Part shown: positions 54,157 to 64,000 of the stretch, one piece after another
How the letters are laid out: every line of letters starts with the position of its first letter
Position numbering within the stretch: position 1 is the first letter of the stretch
Source: Acidobacteriota bacterium
Lineage (GTDB): Bacteria > Acidobacteriota > UBA6911 > RPQK01 > JADFOI01
DNA: 64,000 nucleotides
NCBI GenBank assembly: GCA_963663035.1
Contig: OY760074.1
Location: 2,368,001-2,432,000 of the forward strand
Direction: 5' to 3'
The notes under the pieces: generated by a model
What the model saw: only the letters and a program-made list of their open reading frames with translations
Told to the model about the DNA's origin: nothing
Databases searched by the model: none
Program-made: the position numbers and the translations under genes

Positions 54157-54885
54157 CTATCGGGTAGGCCTGGCAACCTGATTCTGCTCCCTCTGCGCAC
54201 CTCCTCCTTGACCGGACGGTGCGGAAACGACTGACACTTCAACACCTGAGTCCTCCTTCTGGCTGGCGGCTGTTGAAGTTGTCGTCTGCATGGCACTGGG
54301 AGCAGCACCCACCTTGATCACGTTCACTTTCTCTAAGCCGCGTCCTGCCGCACCCGGCGGATTGGTGGCATCGGCCATGTCTATGATCTCATTACGAGTT
54401 CCCCACCGCAGTCTCATGGTCGTCTCGCCGATCTCATCCACCCAGTAACCCTGTAACAGGTCTCCAACCACAACGCTTCGCAACTCTCCTTTTTTCGAGT
54501 TGCCCTCAAAAACAGTCACCACACCCTGCGCTTTCCTCCCCACGAAGGACACACCGTGGAGCATCGGCCTGGCTACCCACTTGGGCGCTTCCTCTTCGAC
54601 CTCGTTAGGATCCTGCCCCTCCACCTCCTCCACATCGTCTGGACGGCGACCTTCTGCAAAAAGGGTTCTCTCCGCAATGACCACAAACTGGGAGAAAGGC
54701 CCTGACTGATCTATTCGCTTCACTCCGGCTGGGCTTGAACTCCCCCCGGCCTGTTGAGCCCGGTCGACTATGCCCTCAAGATTGTTCGCCTCCTTGAAAC
54801 TGTTCCAGGCCGAGATGAACAGGGTGGCAAACATAATGACTACCGCCAGAATCAACAAATTGATAAAAACAACCCTTCGTTTCAT
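54157..54885 (-). CDS. GspC-like bitopic T2SS protein
   Basis: N-terminal TM, ERTLF..RRP motif, beta-rich HR-like domain; upstream of gspD. Confidence 0.6.
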   Translation of the reverse strand: MKRRVVFINLLILAVVIMFATLFISAWNSFKEANNLEGIVDRAQQAGGSSSPAGVKRIDQSGPFSQFVVIAERTLFAEGRRPDDVEEVEGQDPNEVEEEAPKWVARPMLHGVSFVGRKAQGVVTVFEGNSKKGELRSVVVGDLLQGYWVDEIGETTMRLRWGTRNEIIDMADATNPPGAAGRGLEKVNVIKVGAAPSAMQTTTSTAASQKEDSGVEVSVVSAPSGQGGGAQREQNQVARPTR

Positions 54886-54916
54886 TATTCTTTACCCTGT
54901 ATTGATGCCGATCAGC

Positions 54917-55474
54917 CTAAGAAAGCCGAATGAAACCGGAAACATTCATTCGAGGCTGAATGCGGACCTGGTTCTGGGAACGAAGGCTATTCAAGAAAAA
55001 ATTCTCTACCAGAAGAAACTTGCGGTGAGCTGAAAGAGCATACAGAAAACCTGTGAGCTCCGACATGTTGCTGCGCAGGTTGATCTGCAAGGTGATTTTG
55101 ACGTAGTTCTCACCCATCTGGCGCTCCTGCAGAGGATTGCTCCGGGTCACTTGAATGCCGTTCTCAGCCGCCAGAGAGCGGACTACCTCCTCCAGTTGAA
55201 CAGTGGCAATGCTGATGTCCCGGGCATCCATTAATCTCTGACGGTACCCATTCAGGACCCTGTCCAGTTGACCCAGCTCAACTTGAATGTTTCCCTCTTC
55301 CTGAATGACTTGAATGGATCGCTGCAAAAGCTCTTCTTTGTCCTCAAGCTCCCTTGCCACCTCACTCTTGGCAGTATAGAAGGGCAAGACCACACCAAAA
55401 CCCAGCAGCATGACAACTCCCACCACACCCAGGATTGTTATAGCTCTTTTGTCTCGCTGTGAAAGTTTTCTCAT
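54917..55474 (-). CDS. gspM: T2SS protein GspM/PilO-like
   Basis: LSQRDKR, TM, coiled coil, ferredoxin-like tail; operon position. Confidence 0.75.
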   Translation of the reverse strand: MRKLSQRDKRAITILGVVGVVMLLGFGVVLPFYTAKSEVARELEDKEELLQRSIQVIQEEGNIQVELGQLDRVLNGYRQRLMDARDISIATVQLEEVVRSLAAENGIQVTRSNPLQERQMGENYVKITLQINLRSNMSELTGFLYALSAHRKFLLVENFFLNSLRSQNQVRIQPRMNVSGFIRLS

Positions 55475-56895
55475 CTTGTGAGCTCGGCTGAAGCAGTTTC
55501 CCTGACAGTGGCCTCAAAACTGAATTTCTCCCGGTTCTGCATGGTCCGGTCAGGGGTGATATAACGCGACTCCACGGTTCCCAGGTATTGAGAATCGAGC
55601 AATGATTTCAAAAGCGCCGAAGCAGAAGCAGAAAAGCCGGTAAAACTCACCCGATCGCCCTGAACATTCAGGTTTTGAAGAAAAGAATCCTCGGGGATCA
55701 TCTCCGTCAACTCTTTCAGCACCAGAAGAACATTTTGCTGCCCAGTCATGAGATTCCGGAGTTCATCCAACTCAACCTGGCGTTCGTCCCTTTGACTCCT
55801 GACGGTCATTGTCTCATCCACCTGGCTTTGGAGTCCCTCGATTCGAGCTTCAACCTGGCCAAGAAGCTGGCTCTGCTGAATATACTCTCGGGTCGTGACA
55901 GCAAAACCCAGAATCACCAATAATCCTGCTAACAAAAGGGTCGTCACAAGGCTTGCCCGTTCGGCTATCACTCGCTTTTCCGGAGGGATGAGATTCAATT
56001 TGCTGGGCAGGGATTTACTGGTCCCCGAAATGGCAAGGCCGATGGCACCCAGCCAACCATTCAAATCGGAATTCTCTGAGTCCTCGTTTCTTTTCAGATT
56101 CAGCTTCTCAGACAGAAGCTCACAATCGCCAAATTTCTCTCGAAAGTCGTCCAGGAAATGATCTGCCAAAAGACCGCTCAGATAGATTTTCTCGAGCCCC
56201 TCAGCGGCCACTTCCAGAGAAGAGAAGTATCGCTCCAGTTCCTGGAGCAGTCTCTGAAAGGTCAAATCATCATTACTCAGAAGGACCTTCTCGGAAAGGA
56301 ACTTCTCGGGACCACCCACCAGAACAAACTCCACTCCCTCAAGCCCGAGATCCACCACCAAAGAGGGGTGTTTCTTGGGGTAAAGATCGTCATGAGCTGA
56401 AAAGAGATGAAACAGACCCGCACTGGAGACACGAACTGCGGCAGGATACAGGTTCAGTTCATGAAAAAGGTCCAGGCACTCGTCCAAAACAGGCCTGGGG
56501 ACCATAACCGTCTGAAGCAAGATCTTCTTTGCTTCTACATCTCTTTCCAAAACCATGTAGTCGCAATAAGATTGTCCCTCCTCGATCGGTTGAAACTTCT
56601 CCACTTGAAAGCGTACCACCTGGTCGAGATTCTCTCCCACCTCCAGCGGCAGCTCGATCTGCCGAACCACCACCCGATCTCGAGGTAAACCCAGAATGAC
56701 ATTCTCGCGGTCAAAACCGTTGGCTTCCCCAAATTCTTGAACCCGGGCGTAAAGATCCGCGAGGGGCAGTTCCCTATAGTGCTCCACCAGCTCACAATTT
56801 CTCAGAACATAGTTCTGCAAGCCTTTGGACACAGAGGCAAACACTAAACTGCCTCCTCGAATCTCAATTCCGACAGCAGAATCTAGGCTAAACAT
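55471..56895 (-). CDS. gspL: T2SS protein GspL (PilM/PilN-like)
   Basis: Actin-like N domain, LNLIP motif, TM, PilN domain. Confidence 0.75.
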   Translation of the reverse strand: MFSLDSAVGIEIRGGSLVFASVSKGLQNYVLRNCELVEHYRELPLADLYARVQEFGEANGFDRENVILGLPRDRVVVRQIELPLEVGENLDQVVRFQVEKFQPIEEGQSYCDYMVLERDVEAKKILLQTVMVPRPVLDECLDLFHELNLYPAAVRVSSAGLFHLFSAHDDLYPKKHPSLVVDLGLEGVEFVLVGGPEKFLSEKVLLSNDDLTFQRLLQELERYFSSLEVAAEGLEKIYLSGLLADHFLDDFREKFGDCELLSEKLNLKRNEDSENSDLNGWLGAIGLAISGTSKSLPSKLNLIPPEKRVIAERASLVTTLLLAGLLVILGFAVTTREYIQQSQLLGQVEARIEGLQSQVDETMTVRSQRDERQVELDELRNLMTGQQNVLLVLKELTEMIPEDSFLQNLNVQGDRVSFTGFSASASALLKSLLDSQYLGTVESRYITPDRTMQNREKFSFEATVRETASAELTR

Positions 56896-56922
56896 GGTCG
56901 TTCCTGGGTTCGTGCTCTAGAG

Positions 56923-57067
56923 CCCGGGTTATGCATAGGTTCTTGTCACGAAGCGACGAAAGCGCCGGCCTGACAAGGCGCGCGAGGGGTACCCGCTTGC
57001 GGGTCGCGCAACGCGGGCAGGGCGGATGATTTCGTCGCTGCAGTAGAGAACTTATGCATAACCCAGG
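56923..57067. mobile_element. MITE-like family A, copy 3 (internally deleted)
   Basis: CCCGGGTTATGCATA...TATGCATAACCCAGG; lacks the segment between the GAGGGGTACCCGC direct repeats. Confidence 0.8.
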
Positions 57068-58063
57068 CTAAAGCTCAATATTCGATTCATTCCAATAAAG
57101 TACGACGTAGCCTTTGGGGAACGTGGGATTAATTTGCACCACGCACCGGATACGGTTGACTACTTCTGAATCGGCCAGATGCCCATCACTCAGTAAAGTA
57201 TACACATTCGATCGGACTGTAGAGAGCAGCCTGCCCGCCTCAGTGGAGATCCCCGGGACTCTTTCCAGGACTTCCGTGACATTCAGAAAGGGAACCTCCA
57301 GTCTCATACCGTAGATGAGTTTCGCCGCCTCAAGGTCCAGTCCTGGAACGGCAGCCAATACAGGCACAGGCGCCGAATTGACATTGATCCGATTGATCCT
57401 GGCGAAGGTAGTAAAGTACTTCTGCAGACCGTAGTACTCGATTTGCTCTCCTGTCTCAGTCATTCCTTTGCGACCATAGTAAATTTCCGGCGTGATGCCT
57501 CGAACCAGGAGGAGCTCCTCTGGAACATCAAAAGGACCGTTCTTGGCAGAATAAGGCTCAGGAAGTGACTGATAATAATCACTTTCAGCACCGTTCAGTC
57601 GATGCAGCTCATCTCGATCCCTCCAATCTTCGATCGAATCCGTGATCATATCGGCCTCTTGTTCGTCGAGTCCCACTCCGATCAAGAGATTGTAGAGCAA
57701 ATAGTTGGGTGCTAGATTCACGTTGATTTTGCCAGTCTCTTCGATGATCTCGACACTGGCCTTTCCGCGCCCCATAGCCAACTCGACAAAACCGGTGAGA
57801 GCCGGGGGAAGAGACTGCAGACCTTCCTCACGTTGTCGCTGAATCTGAGCGAAAGCCGACTGAGATTCGATGACCTTGTAGATGGCATATTCAATGCCGG
57901 CACGCGAGAGGTAGTAGGACTCCTTCTGATCCACGACATTGCGGGCAGCATTGACTTCTGTGCGGATCGAAGCTGAGAAGGACACGGCTAACATGCTCAT
58001 GCCCACCATCACCCACAGTACGACAATGAGAACTACACCCGACTGTTGAGGATTTCGTTTCAT
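57068..58063 (-). CDS. gspK: Minor pseudopilin GspK
   Basis: QQSG|VVLIVVLW, ETGKINVN, DWRDRD, GAESDYY, EELLLVRG. Confidence 0.9.
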   Translation of the reverse strand: MKRNPQQSGVVLIVVLWVMVGMSMLAVSFSASIRTEVNAARNVVDQKESYYLSRAGIEYAIYKVIESQSAFAQIQRQREEGLQSLPPALTGFVELAMGRGKASVEIIEETGKINVNLAPNYLLYNLLIGVGLDEQEADMITDSIEDWRDRDELHRLNGAESDYYQSLPEPYSAKNGPFDVPEELLLVRGITPEIYYGRKGMTETGEQIEYYGLQKYFTTFARINRINVNSAPVPVLAAVPGLDLEAAKLIYGMRLEVPFLNVTEVLERVPGISTEAGRLLSTVRSNVYTLLSDGHLADSEVVNRIRCVVQINPTFPKGYVVLYWNESNIEL

Positions 58064-58064
58064 A

Positions 58065-58832
58065 CTAAAGACCTTGAGTGAATCGCTGCATTGCCTGGCG
58101 CAACTGACCTCCAGAGAAACTGGCATTGATGGGAACCAGGATATGGTTCTCGTCATAGTCAATCTTAATGGCTTGAGGAATAGCCAGCACCTCTTCTCCA
58201 ACCCAGGAATCAAACCATTGATAGCTCTCTGATTGAGAATCGTATCCGTAATATTGAAAGCGCAGATCTACAATATTCTCGATCAATGGGAGTGGTGGCT
58301 CTGAGGGAGGATTGACCATCGACATGAAGCTATCCAAGCCCAGGTAGCGGGCTTCCGTAATTCCCATATAGAAGTTCCCCTGTTCATCCTGGGCGAGTCC
58401 GTAGTGCACCAGGGTCAATCCAGGATTTTCATGCATCATCAAAGGTGCCACGGTGGCAAAGGTCATCGAATCTGAAGTTCCGGAGAAAAGAGGAATCTGC
58501 GCAAAAGCACGCGCCTGCTGCCCCCCCTGATCATTAACTTCCTGAAGCTCGAGAAAAGAGGCGGAAGGTTGAACAGGAAACAATGAACCGATCTGCCTTT
58601 TGATCTGATCCTGAAGCACTCTCTTTCGGGCCTCCACATCCAAGCGCTCCTGACTTTTTTCATAACTGCTCAGTCCCATCCGAAAGGAGGAAAACATGAG
58701 GCCAGCCATTAACCCCAAGATGGTAAACGCGATGATGAGCTCGAGGAGAGTGAAGCCGGGGGAAGCGGACGGCCTGACAGCTGACACCTGACAGCTGACA
58801 ATTGACCGCTGGGCCGCTGATGGCGCGTCCAT
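58065..58832 (-). CDS. gspJ: Minor pseudopilin GspJ
   Basis: G|FTLLELIIA; operon order. Confidence 0.8.
   Translation of the reverse strand: MDAPSAAQRSIVSCQVSAVRPSASPGFTLLELIIAFTILGLMAGLMFSSFRMGLSSYEKSQERLDVEARKRVLQDQIKRQIGSLFPVQPSASFLELQEVNDQGGQQARAFAQIPLFSGTSDSMTFATVAPLMMHENPGLTLVHYGLAQDEQGNFYMGITEARYLGLDSFMSMVNPPSEPPLPLIENIVDLRFQYYGYDSQSESYQWFDSWVGEEVLAIPQAIKIDYDENHILVPINASFSGGQLRQAMQRFTQGL
58774..58811. repeat. 7-bp tandem repeat (CTGACAN) in the gspJ leader
   Basis: CTGACAG CTGACAC CTGACAG CTGACAA TTGACCG. Confidence 0.8.
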
Positions 58833-59314
58833 CAAAAGTCCCTCCCAAAGAGTCGTCGAACCGCATCGGCAGGCGTCTGCAGTCGCCTGCCAGGTTCACT
58901 GGGAACGGTTTTCAAGCACATAATCCGGTAAAACTTGCCTCGGACATCGTTCTTGAAGTGCACATCCACCACCACGCTGAGTAACTGCACCGGCGGCTCG
59001 GTGACATCGATGGAAAAAGTCTCCTCAGGCTCTTCCCAATTATCCACCGCCGCCGTGTAGGCAAACTCTTCATCCAGATCGCCAGCCAGCTGAGTTGCGC
59101 CATTTATGCTCTCGTCACTGAGTATTTCATTCATGACATTTTCCGCATGATTCATGGCTCGGTGGGCCAGATCAATGCGGTGAATGTTCTTGAGTCCTCC
59201 CGAAAAGATCTGCATCACCACCCCTACGGTGAGTCCCAGAATCGCCAGCGCGACCACGATCTCTAAAAGCGTAAAGCCGCTTGAACGCTGACCAGAATTT
59301 TTAGCTATCAGCAT
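58832..59314 (-). CDS. gspI: Minor pseudopilin GspI
   Basis: G|FTLLEIVVALAI; start inferred. Confidence 0.82.
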   Translation of the reverse strand: MLIAKNSGQRSSGFTLLEIVVALAILGLTVGVVMQIFSGGLKNIHRIDLAHRAMNHAENVMNEILSDESINGATQLAGDLDEEFAYTAAVDNWEEPEETFSIDVTEPPVQLLSVVVDVHFKNDVRGKFYRIMCLKTVPSEPGRRLQTPADAVRRLFGRDF

Positions 59315-59795
59315 TTTCTTTGAGCACCCTCGGAAATCCGGTAATGGGGTCAACCCGGATTCGCATTGGCCGGCCGGTTTCGCGCCTTAAAGTAAAAAGT
59401 GCTCCGGAACTCCTCCCGTTCGCATAAAAACTAATCCTCACCGGAAATTCCTGCTCCTCTGTCTCCACTGAGACCCCTTCCGGCAAGAAGACCTTTTTGA
59501 TCTCCTGCTCGAACTCGTCGGCAAAGATGTAAGAATCGGGGACACCTTCATCTTCCTCTTGAACCAGGACAATTCGAAAAACCTTCTGTCTGGAAATGGC
59601 CTGAGATCGGGCGTGTCTCATGTGCGTGATCAAGTCCCGCCCGGCCGTTTGCAACTCCAGAGTTCTCAGCCCTCCTGAAAAGGAGGGCATGACAATGCCC
59701 ACCGCCAGAGCTACCACCATCAAAATAACCATCAACTCAAGGAGGCTGAAGCCCTGATTCGAACGAGCCTCACTCCCAGGAGTTAATATCAACAT
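59301..59795 (-). CDS. gspH: Minor pseudopilin GspH
   Basis: QG|FSLLELMV, ARSQAI, ISFYANGRSSG; start inferred. Confidence 0.82.
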   Translation of the reverse strand: MLILTPGSEARSNQGFSLLELMVILMVVALAVGIVMPSFSGGLRTLELQTAGRDLITHMRHARSQAISRQKVFRIVLVQEEDEGVPDSYIFADEFEQEIKKVFLPEGVSVETEEQEFPVRISFYANGRSSGALFTLRRETGRPMRIRVDPITGFPRVLKENADS

Positions 59796-60195
59796 CTTCC
59801 CCCTCACCGCCTTCCATTCCATCGGCGCCAAGACTCCAGAGGTCATAGCCTCCGTACTCACCGGGTGAACGGTACTGAAAATCCCGGCCCCATGTATCCT
59901 TGGGAACAGTGGTCTTGTCCAGGTAGGACCCACTCCAGTTTTCAATGCCCTGCTCTTCGACCAGTGCCTGCAAGCCCTGACCTGTACTGGGATAACGACC
60001 CACATCTAAACGAAACATGTCCAGTGCGTTCCCAAGTTGGTCAATCTGCAGCCTGGCCACCTGCACCTTGCTCTGGCCCAGACGGTTCCACAGTCTCGGC
60101 CCAACCACTCCCGCCAAAAGGCCAAGAATGACTAGGACCACTATTAACTCTATAAGGGAAAAGCCCCTCTGCCTTAACTTCTTTCTCTCTTCCAT
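59770..60195 (-). CDS. gspG: Major pseudopilin GspG
   Basis: G|FSLIELIVVLVILGLLA, GRYPST.QGLQAL, YDLWSLGADG. Confidence 0.95.
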   Translation of the reverse strand: MEERKKLRQRGFSLIELIVVLVILGLLAGVVGPRLWNRLGQSKVQVARLQIDQLGNALDMFRLDVGRYPSTGQGLQALVEEQGIENWSGSYLDKTTVPKDTWGRDFQYRSPGEYGGYDLWSLGADGMEGGEGEDVDINSWE

Positions 60196-60208
60196 ATTCT
60201 CTTCTCTC

Positions 60209-61429
60209 TTACAGCGGAATGTCGTTAATACTGAAGATGGAATACAACAAGGACACGACCATCACCCCGATGATGAGTCCCATGACCACAATTATGGCCG
60301 GTTCAAAGAGGGCAACCAATCGCTTGAGTGATCTTCTCAGCTCCCGGTCATAGCTTTCAGCAATCTGCAGCAGCATGTCATCCAGCCTTCCGGTTTCCTC
60401 CCCAACTGCAAGCAGGTGCAACGCAAAGGGTGGAAAGATTTGGGCTTCCCGAATGGGTGCGGTTAATCCTTCTCCCCTTTTCACACCCGATTTGATGGAT
60501 TCCATGGTTGAGGCAATGGCCTGATTTTCCACGACTTCCTTGACGATATTGATGGACTGAATCAGTGGAACCGCACTATGGAGAAGAGTCCCAAGGGTAC
60601 GGCTAAACCGGCTCACCTCAATCTTCTGAAGAACAGAGCCGACAACCGGCAGCTTCAACTTCCGCTGGTCCCAATGCAAACGCCCCTCCTCGGTCTTCAG
60701 ACGAGTGTGGATCCAATACCAGACGGCAAATGCCGCCGACAGGATCAGCCACCAGTAACCGGTCAGGAGTCCGCTTAATCCCAGCAGGATCAACATGGGA
60801 AGTGGAATGGGCGCACCTGCGTTGTCAAAGATGGTCGCGAACTGCGGGATCACAACAGTCATCATGACGACAATTGAAATGCTGGCAACGGCAGCCAAGA
60901 CACAAGGATAGATCAGTGAGGAAATCAAGTAACTGCGAAACTCGTCTACGTCTTCGAGATAATCCACCAGGCGCTCTAAAATCTGGTCCAGAGCACCTCC
61001 GATCTCTCCCGCTTTGACCAAGTTGACGTAGACTCTGGGGAAAACCTGAGGATAGATGTGGAGTGCATCGGAAAGGGACTTGCCACCTTTGATCTCACTG
61101 AGAAGTTCGCGGACAACTTCGCTCAGGTAAGGATTCTCCGTTAAATTCGAAAGAATACTCAGGCTGCGATCCAGAGTTAGTCCGGCCTTCACCAGAGTCG
61201 CAAGCTCCTGAGTGAAGATGAGCAGGTCTTCTTGAGGGACCTTTTTTCTCTTCCAGGGAAGTCGAATCTCTCGACTCAGTAAGCCAGCTTCCTCACCGGA
61301 GAAAACCTTGATGGGCATCTGCCCCTGCTGTTGAAGCCGGGCCATGACCGTCTCCTGGTCAGCCGCCTCCAAGGTGCCCTCAACCACTTTTCCATCCGGC
61401 GTTACCGCCTTGTATCGAAAGGAAGTCAT
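60209..61429 (-). CDS. gspF: T2SS platform protein GspF
   Basis: MTSFRYKA, AGEIGG.L, RFSRTLGTLL, GEETGRL. Confidence 0.93.
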   Translation of the reverse strand: MTSFRYKAVTPDGKVVEGTLEAADQETVMARLQQQGQMPIKVFSGEEAGLLSREIRLPWKRKKVPQEDLLIFTQELATLVKAGLTLDRSLSILSNLTENPYLSEVVRELLSEIKGGKSLSDALHIYPQVFPRVYVNLVKAGEIGGALDQILERLVDYLEDVDEFRSYLISSLIYPCVLAAVASISIVVMMTVVIPQFATIFDNAGAPIPLPMLILLGLSGLLTGYWWLILSAAFAVWYWIHTRLKTEEGRLHWDQRKLKLPVVGSVLQKIEVSRFSRTLGTLLHSAVPLIQSINIVKEVVENQAIASTMESIKSGVKRGEGLTAPIREAQIFPPFALHLLAVGEETGRLDDMLLQIAESYDRELRRSLKRLVALFEPAIIVVMGLIIGVMVVSLLYSIFSINDIPL

Positions 61430-61437
61430 AGCTAAAG

Positions 61438-61503
61438 TAGGAGACAGGAGGCAGGAGACAGGAGTCAGAAGCAAGATCTGAAACCTGGAACCTGAATCCT
61501 GGC
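61438..61503. repeat. 7-bp tandem repeat (AGGAGDC family) between gspE and gspF
   Basis: AGGAGAC AGGAGGC AGGAGAC AGGAGTC, then degenerate units. Confidence 0.75.
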
Positions 61504-61505
61504 AC

Positions 61506-63221
61506 TCACGAATCCTGGGTGACTCTCAGAACCTCCGCAATCGTCGTGACCCCCTGTTTGATCTTTTCAAACCCATCGTCTCGCAAAGTGGTCATGCCAC
61601 CGCGAACGGCCGCCTTTCTCAGCTTAGTGGCCTCGGCATTGGAAATGGTTAAGCGGCGAATCTCCTCATCCATTAACATCAACTCAAAAATACCCACCCG
61701 TCCCTGATAACCCGTTTGGCCGCATTCTGTGCATCCCTTTCCCTCAAAAACTCTGGTGTCTGAATCCAGCGGGAACCCGATCTCCTCCAAGATGCCGCTC
61801 TCCATCGGCTGCTCTTCCTTACAGTGGGAGCAAATGACACGGACCAGACGTTGGGCCAGAACTCCCAGTATGGAAGAGGCCAACAAATAATCCTGTGCGC
61901 CCATATCCACCAGTCGAGCGATAGCGCTGGGGGCATCATTGGTATGCAGTGTGCTAAAAACCAGATGACCGGTCAGGGCAGCTCTGATACCAATCTCAGC
62001 GGTCTCAAGGTCACGCATTTCTCCCACCATGATTACATCCGGATCCTGGCGCACGATGGATCGAAGTCCAGCTGCAAAAGTCAGCCCGATCTGAGGATTG
62101 ACGTGGATTTGATTGATACCGTTAATCTGGTATTCCACAGGATCTTCAATCGTAATTATTTTCTTATCAGGCTGATTGATCTTGGTCAGAGCACCGTAGA
62201 GGGTGGTTGTCTTACCGCTGCCGGTGGGACCTGTAACCAGGATGATCCCATGAGGACGCGAGATCAACTGCTCGTACTGCTGATGCATCTGGGAGGAAAA
62301 GCCGAGTTTCTCCAAATCGTAGATTTGGGTGTTGCTCTTATCCAGGATGCGCATGACCACGCTTTCTCCATACATGGTGGGAAGTGTGGACACTCGAAGG
62401 TCGATATCCCTTCCCAGAACCTTTATCTTAATGCGGCCGTCCTGAGGGATTCTCCGCTCAGCAATATTGAGTCTGGCCATAATCTTAACCCGAGAAATGA
62501 TGGCCGCTTTGAGCTTCTTGGGCGGGGACTCTTCGTCGCAAAGAATGCCGTCAATGCGGAAGCGCACCTTGAGATCACGCTCAAACGGCTCAATATGGAT
62601 ATCCGAAGCACGGGATTCGATGGCACGTGACATGATGAGATTAACCAACCGAATGACAGGGGCTTCCGATGCCAGATCCTTGAGATGTTCCACATCTTCC
62701 AGCTCCTCACTGACCAGGTCACTGTCGCCCGCGATGTCCTCCACGATCCTGTCCAGGGTCGAAGCCTGGCTCCCGTAAAATTTCTCGATCAGATCGAGAA
62801 TGGCGTTTTCGGGGCCCAAAAACACTTGAAGGTTCTGGAAACCGGTGTAGAGACGAATGGTGTCCAGCGTGGAGTAATCCTGGGGGTTGGCCATGGCAAG
62901 AATCAGTTTGTTCTCGTCCTCCACCTTGATGGGAATGAATTTGCATTCGCGCATAAAGTTCGCCGAGAAAGTACCCTCCAGCACCGGAACCTGAGGAAGA
63001 TCCTCGGCCGTCACGTAGGGGATACCTAAATAGGCACTCAGATGGCCCACCAGATCGGCCTCGGAAATCGCTCCAATATCTATGAAAAGCTTACCGATTC
63101 GGTCCACTGACTGGTGCTGCAGACTGAGAGCAGTCGCCAACTCTTCCTGGGAGATGACTCCTTTTTCCAGCAGCTCCTGGCCGAAAGGCTTCTGAGTCTT
63201 TAGCTGTGACAGCTCAATCAT
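61506..63221 (-). CDS. gspE: T2SS ATPase GspE
   Basis: GPTGSGKTTT, EDPVEY, RQDPD, tetracysteine motif. Confidence 0.95.
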   Translation of the reverse strand: MIELSQLKTQKPFGQELLEKGVISQEELATALSLQHQSVDRIGKLFIDIGAISEADLVGHLSAYLGIPYVTAEDLPQVPVLEGTFSANFMRECKFIPIKVEDENKLILAMANPQDYSTLDTIRLYTGFQNLQVFLGPENAILDLIEKFYGSQASTLDRIVEDIAGDSDLVSEELEDVEHLKDLASEAPVIRLVNLIMSRAIESRASDIHIEPFERDLKVRFRIDGILCDEESPPKKLKAAIISRVKIMARLNIAERRIPQDGRIKIKVLGRDIDLRVSTLPTMYGESVVMRILDKSNTQIYDLEKLGFSSQMHQQYEQLISRPHGIILVTGPTGSGKTTTLYGALTKINQPDKKIITIEDPVEYQINGINQIHVNPQIGLTFAAGLRSIVRQDPDVIMVGEMRDLETAEIGIRAALTGHLVFSTLHTNDAPSAIARLVDMGAQDYLLASSILGVLAQRLVRVICSHCKEEQPMESGILEEIGFPLDSDTRVFEGKGCTECGQTGYQGRVGIFELMLMDEEIRRLTISNAEATKLRKAAVRGGMTTLRDDGFEKIKQGVTTIAEVLRVTQDS

Positions 63222-63767
63222 TTAATACTCGAGGACACTAATCCGTTGCACAAATTGCTCAAAGGAGATCTTCTCAGTGGTCAAGAGGTCCAGATCCTCC
63301 TTGAGGGTTGATATGACCAATACAGTTGTCTTTTTCGTGGAATCCAGTTCATTTCGATCTTCGACATGGGCACTTAGGGAGAGACGATTCTGAGGGGTGA
63401 GTTGCTTAAACGCAGAACCGTAATCTGCCAGGCACCTCACCATGGCATCTTTCAAAACGCGAAGCTGCTCCGCCTTTGAAAGCTGTTCTTCCGTCCGCGC
63501 CGGTATCTCCCCGAAGGGTGTACGAATCCTGGATCGATTGATATTGAGATGAAAGGAAACCACCACACCGTGGCCCTCCAGGTAAGATCCTTCTGCCTCT
63601 CCTGTGACTGCGAAAGGATTGGGGAAATTCTGGCTGAGGATTTCACCCACAATCCGCTCAAAAATCAGTGTGTTCTTCTTCAGCCTTTGCAGATCCAGAT
63701 CTGGAGCTGCAAAGGCTGTCGTTCCAGTGAGAAGCAACACGAGTAGAACAGATAGACGATTTCCCAT
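63222..63767 (-). CDS. Hypothetical exported protein
   Basis: Signal peptide MGNRLSVLLVLLLTGTTAFA; GSYLEGHGVV; stop abuts gspE start. Confidence 0.7.
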   Translation of the reverse strand: MGNRLSVLLVLLLTGTTAFAAPDLDLQRLKKNTLIFERIVGEILSQNFPNPFAVTGEAEGSYLEGHGVVVSFHLNINRSRIRTPFGEIPARTEEQLSKAEQLRVLKDAMVRCLADYGSAFKQLTPQNRLSLSAHVEDRNELDSTKKTTVLVISTLKEDLDLLTTEKISFEQFVQRISVLEY

Positions 63768-63777
63768 AGCCAATGCT

Positions 63778-64000
63778 CTATCGCGAAAGTAGCGTTCGCA
63801 AATAGTGATTGTTTTCCTCCAAATTCTCCACATAGCGCTGTTCAAGACTGAGCAGGTATTGCTCTAATTGCTCGACGTTCGTCCTCTGTTGGAGATCCAT
63901 GTCTTCCTTGACCCGCAGGAGAGCCCTGAGCATCAACTGGCGCTCTTCCGTCTGTTGGGCCACAATCCTGTCCTGAACCGTTTCCGTGAGCTGCTGCTCG
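63778..64000 (-). CDS. Hypothetical coiled-coil protein, C-terminal part (5'-partial)
   Basis: Frame open to the window edge, Q/E/L-rich helical sequence, ends 10 bp before the next gene. Confidence 0.6.
   Translation of the reverse strand, partial: EQQLTETVQDRIVAQQTEERQLMLRALLRVKEDMDLQQRTNVEQLEQYLLSLEQRYVENLEENNHYLRTLLSR

Overview
Bacterial chromosomal window, most likely Acidobacteriota (16S 5' signature, Cys-rich RpoB insert, pilin/T2SS style); taxonomy is inferred, not searched. From left to right: (1) an accessory-looking ~5 kb segment with an AbiE-like wHTH + nucleotidyltransferase pair, an rve (IS481-like) element, a PilZ gene and an IS256 with an 8-bp target duplication. It abuts the 3' end of tRNA-Ala. 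(2) A 16S rRNA-tRNA-Ala unit with no 23S/5S after it. (3) A housekeeping run: catalytically degenerate M1-peptidase/TPR protein, lpxB, mnmA, menC-like, hydantoinase B, ubiA-like. (4) A type IV pilus locus cut by an IS3 copy: orphan sigma54 promoter, truncated pilC, pilS, pilR, pilA. (5) The tRNA-tuf-rpmG-secE-nusG-rplKAJL-rpoBC cluster. (6) A surface-glycan locus (glycosyltransferases, ugd, wzm/wzt, MarR-type regulator with a 43-bp palindromic operator) cut by a second IS3 copy. (7) An ECF sigma/anti-sigma pair and a type II secretion operon. Small repeats are layered over all of this: two MITE-like families, REP-like hairpins and many 7-bp tandem tracts at gene junctions. No CRISPR array was seen. 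Best leads: the split rRNA operon (possibly an island in tRNA-Ala), the junctional heptamer repeats, the stop-codon-associated MITEs, and the pseudo-aminopeptidase.
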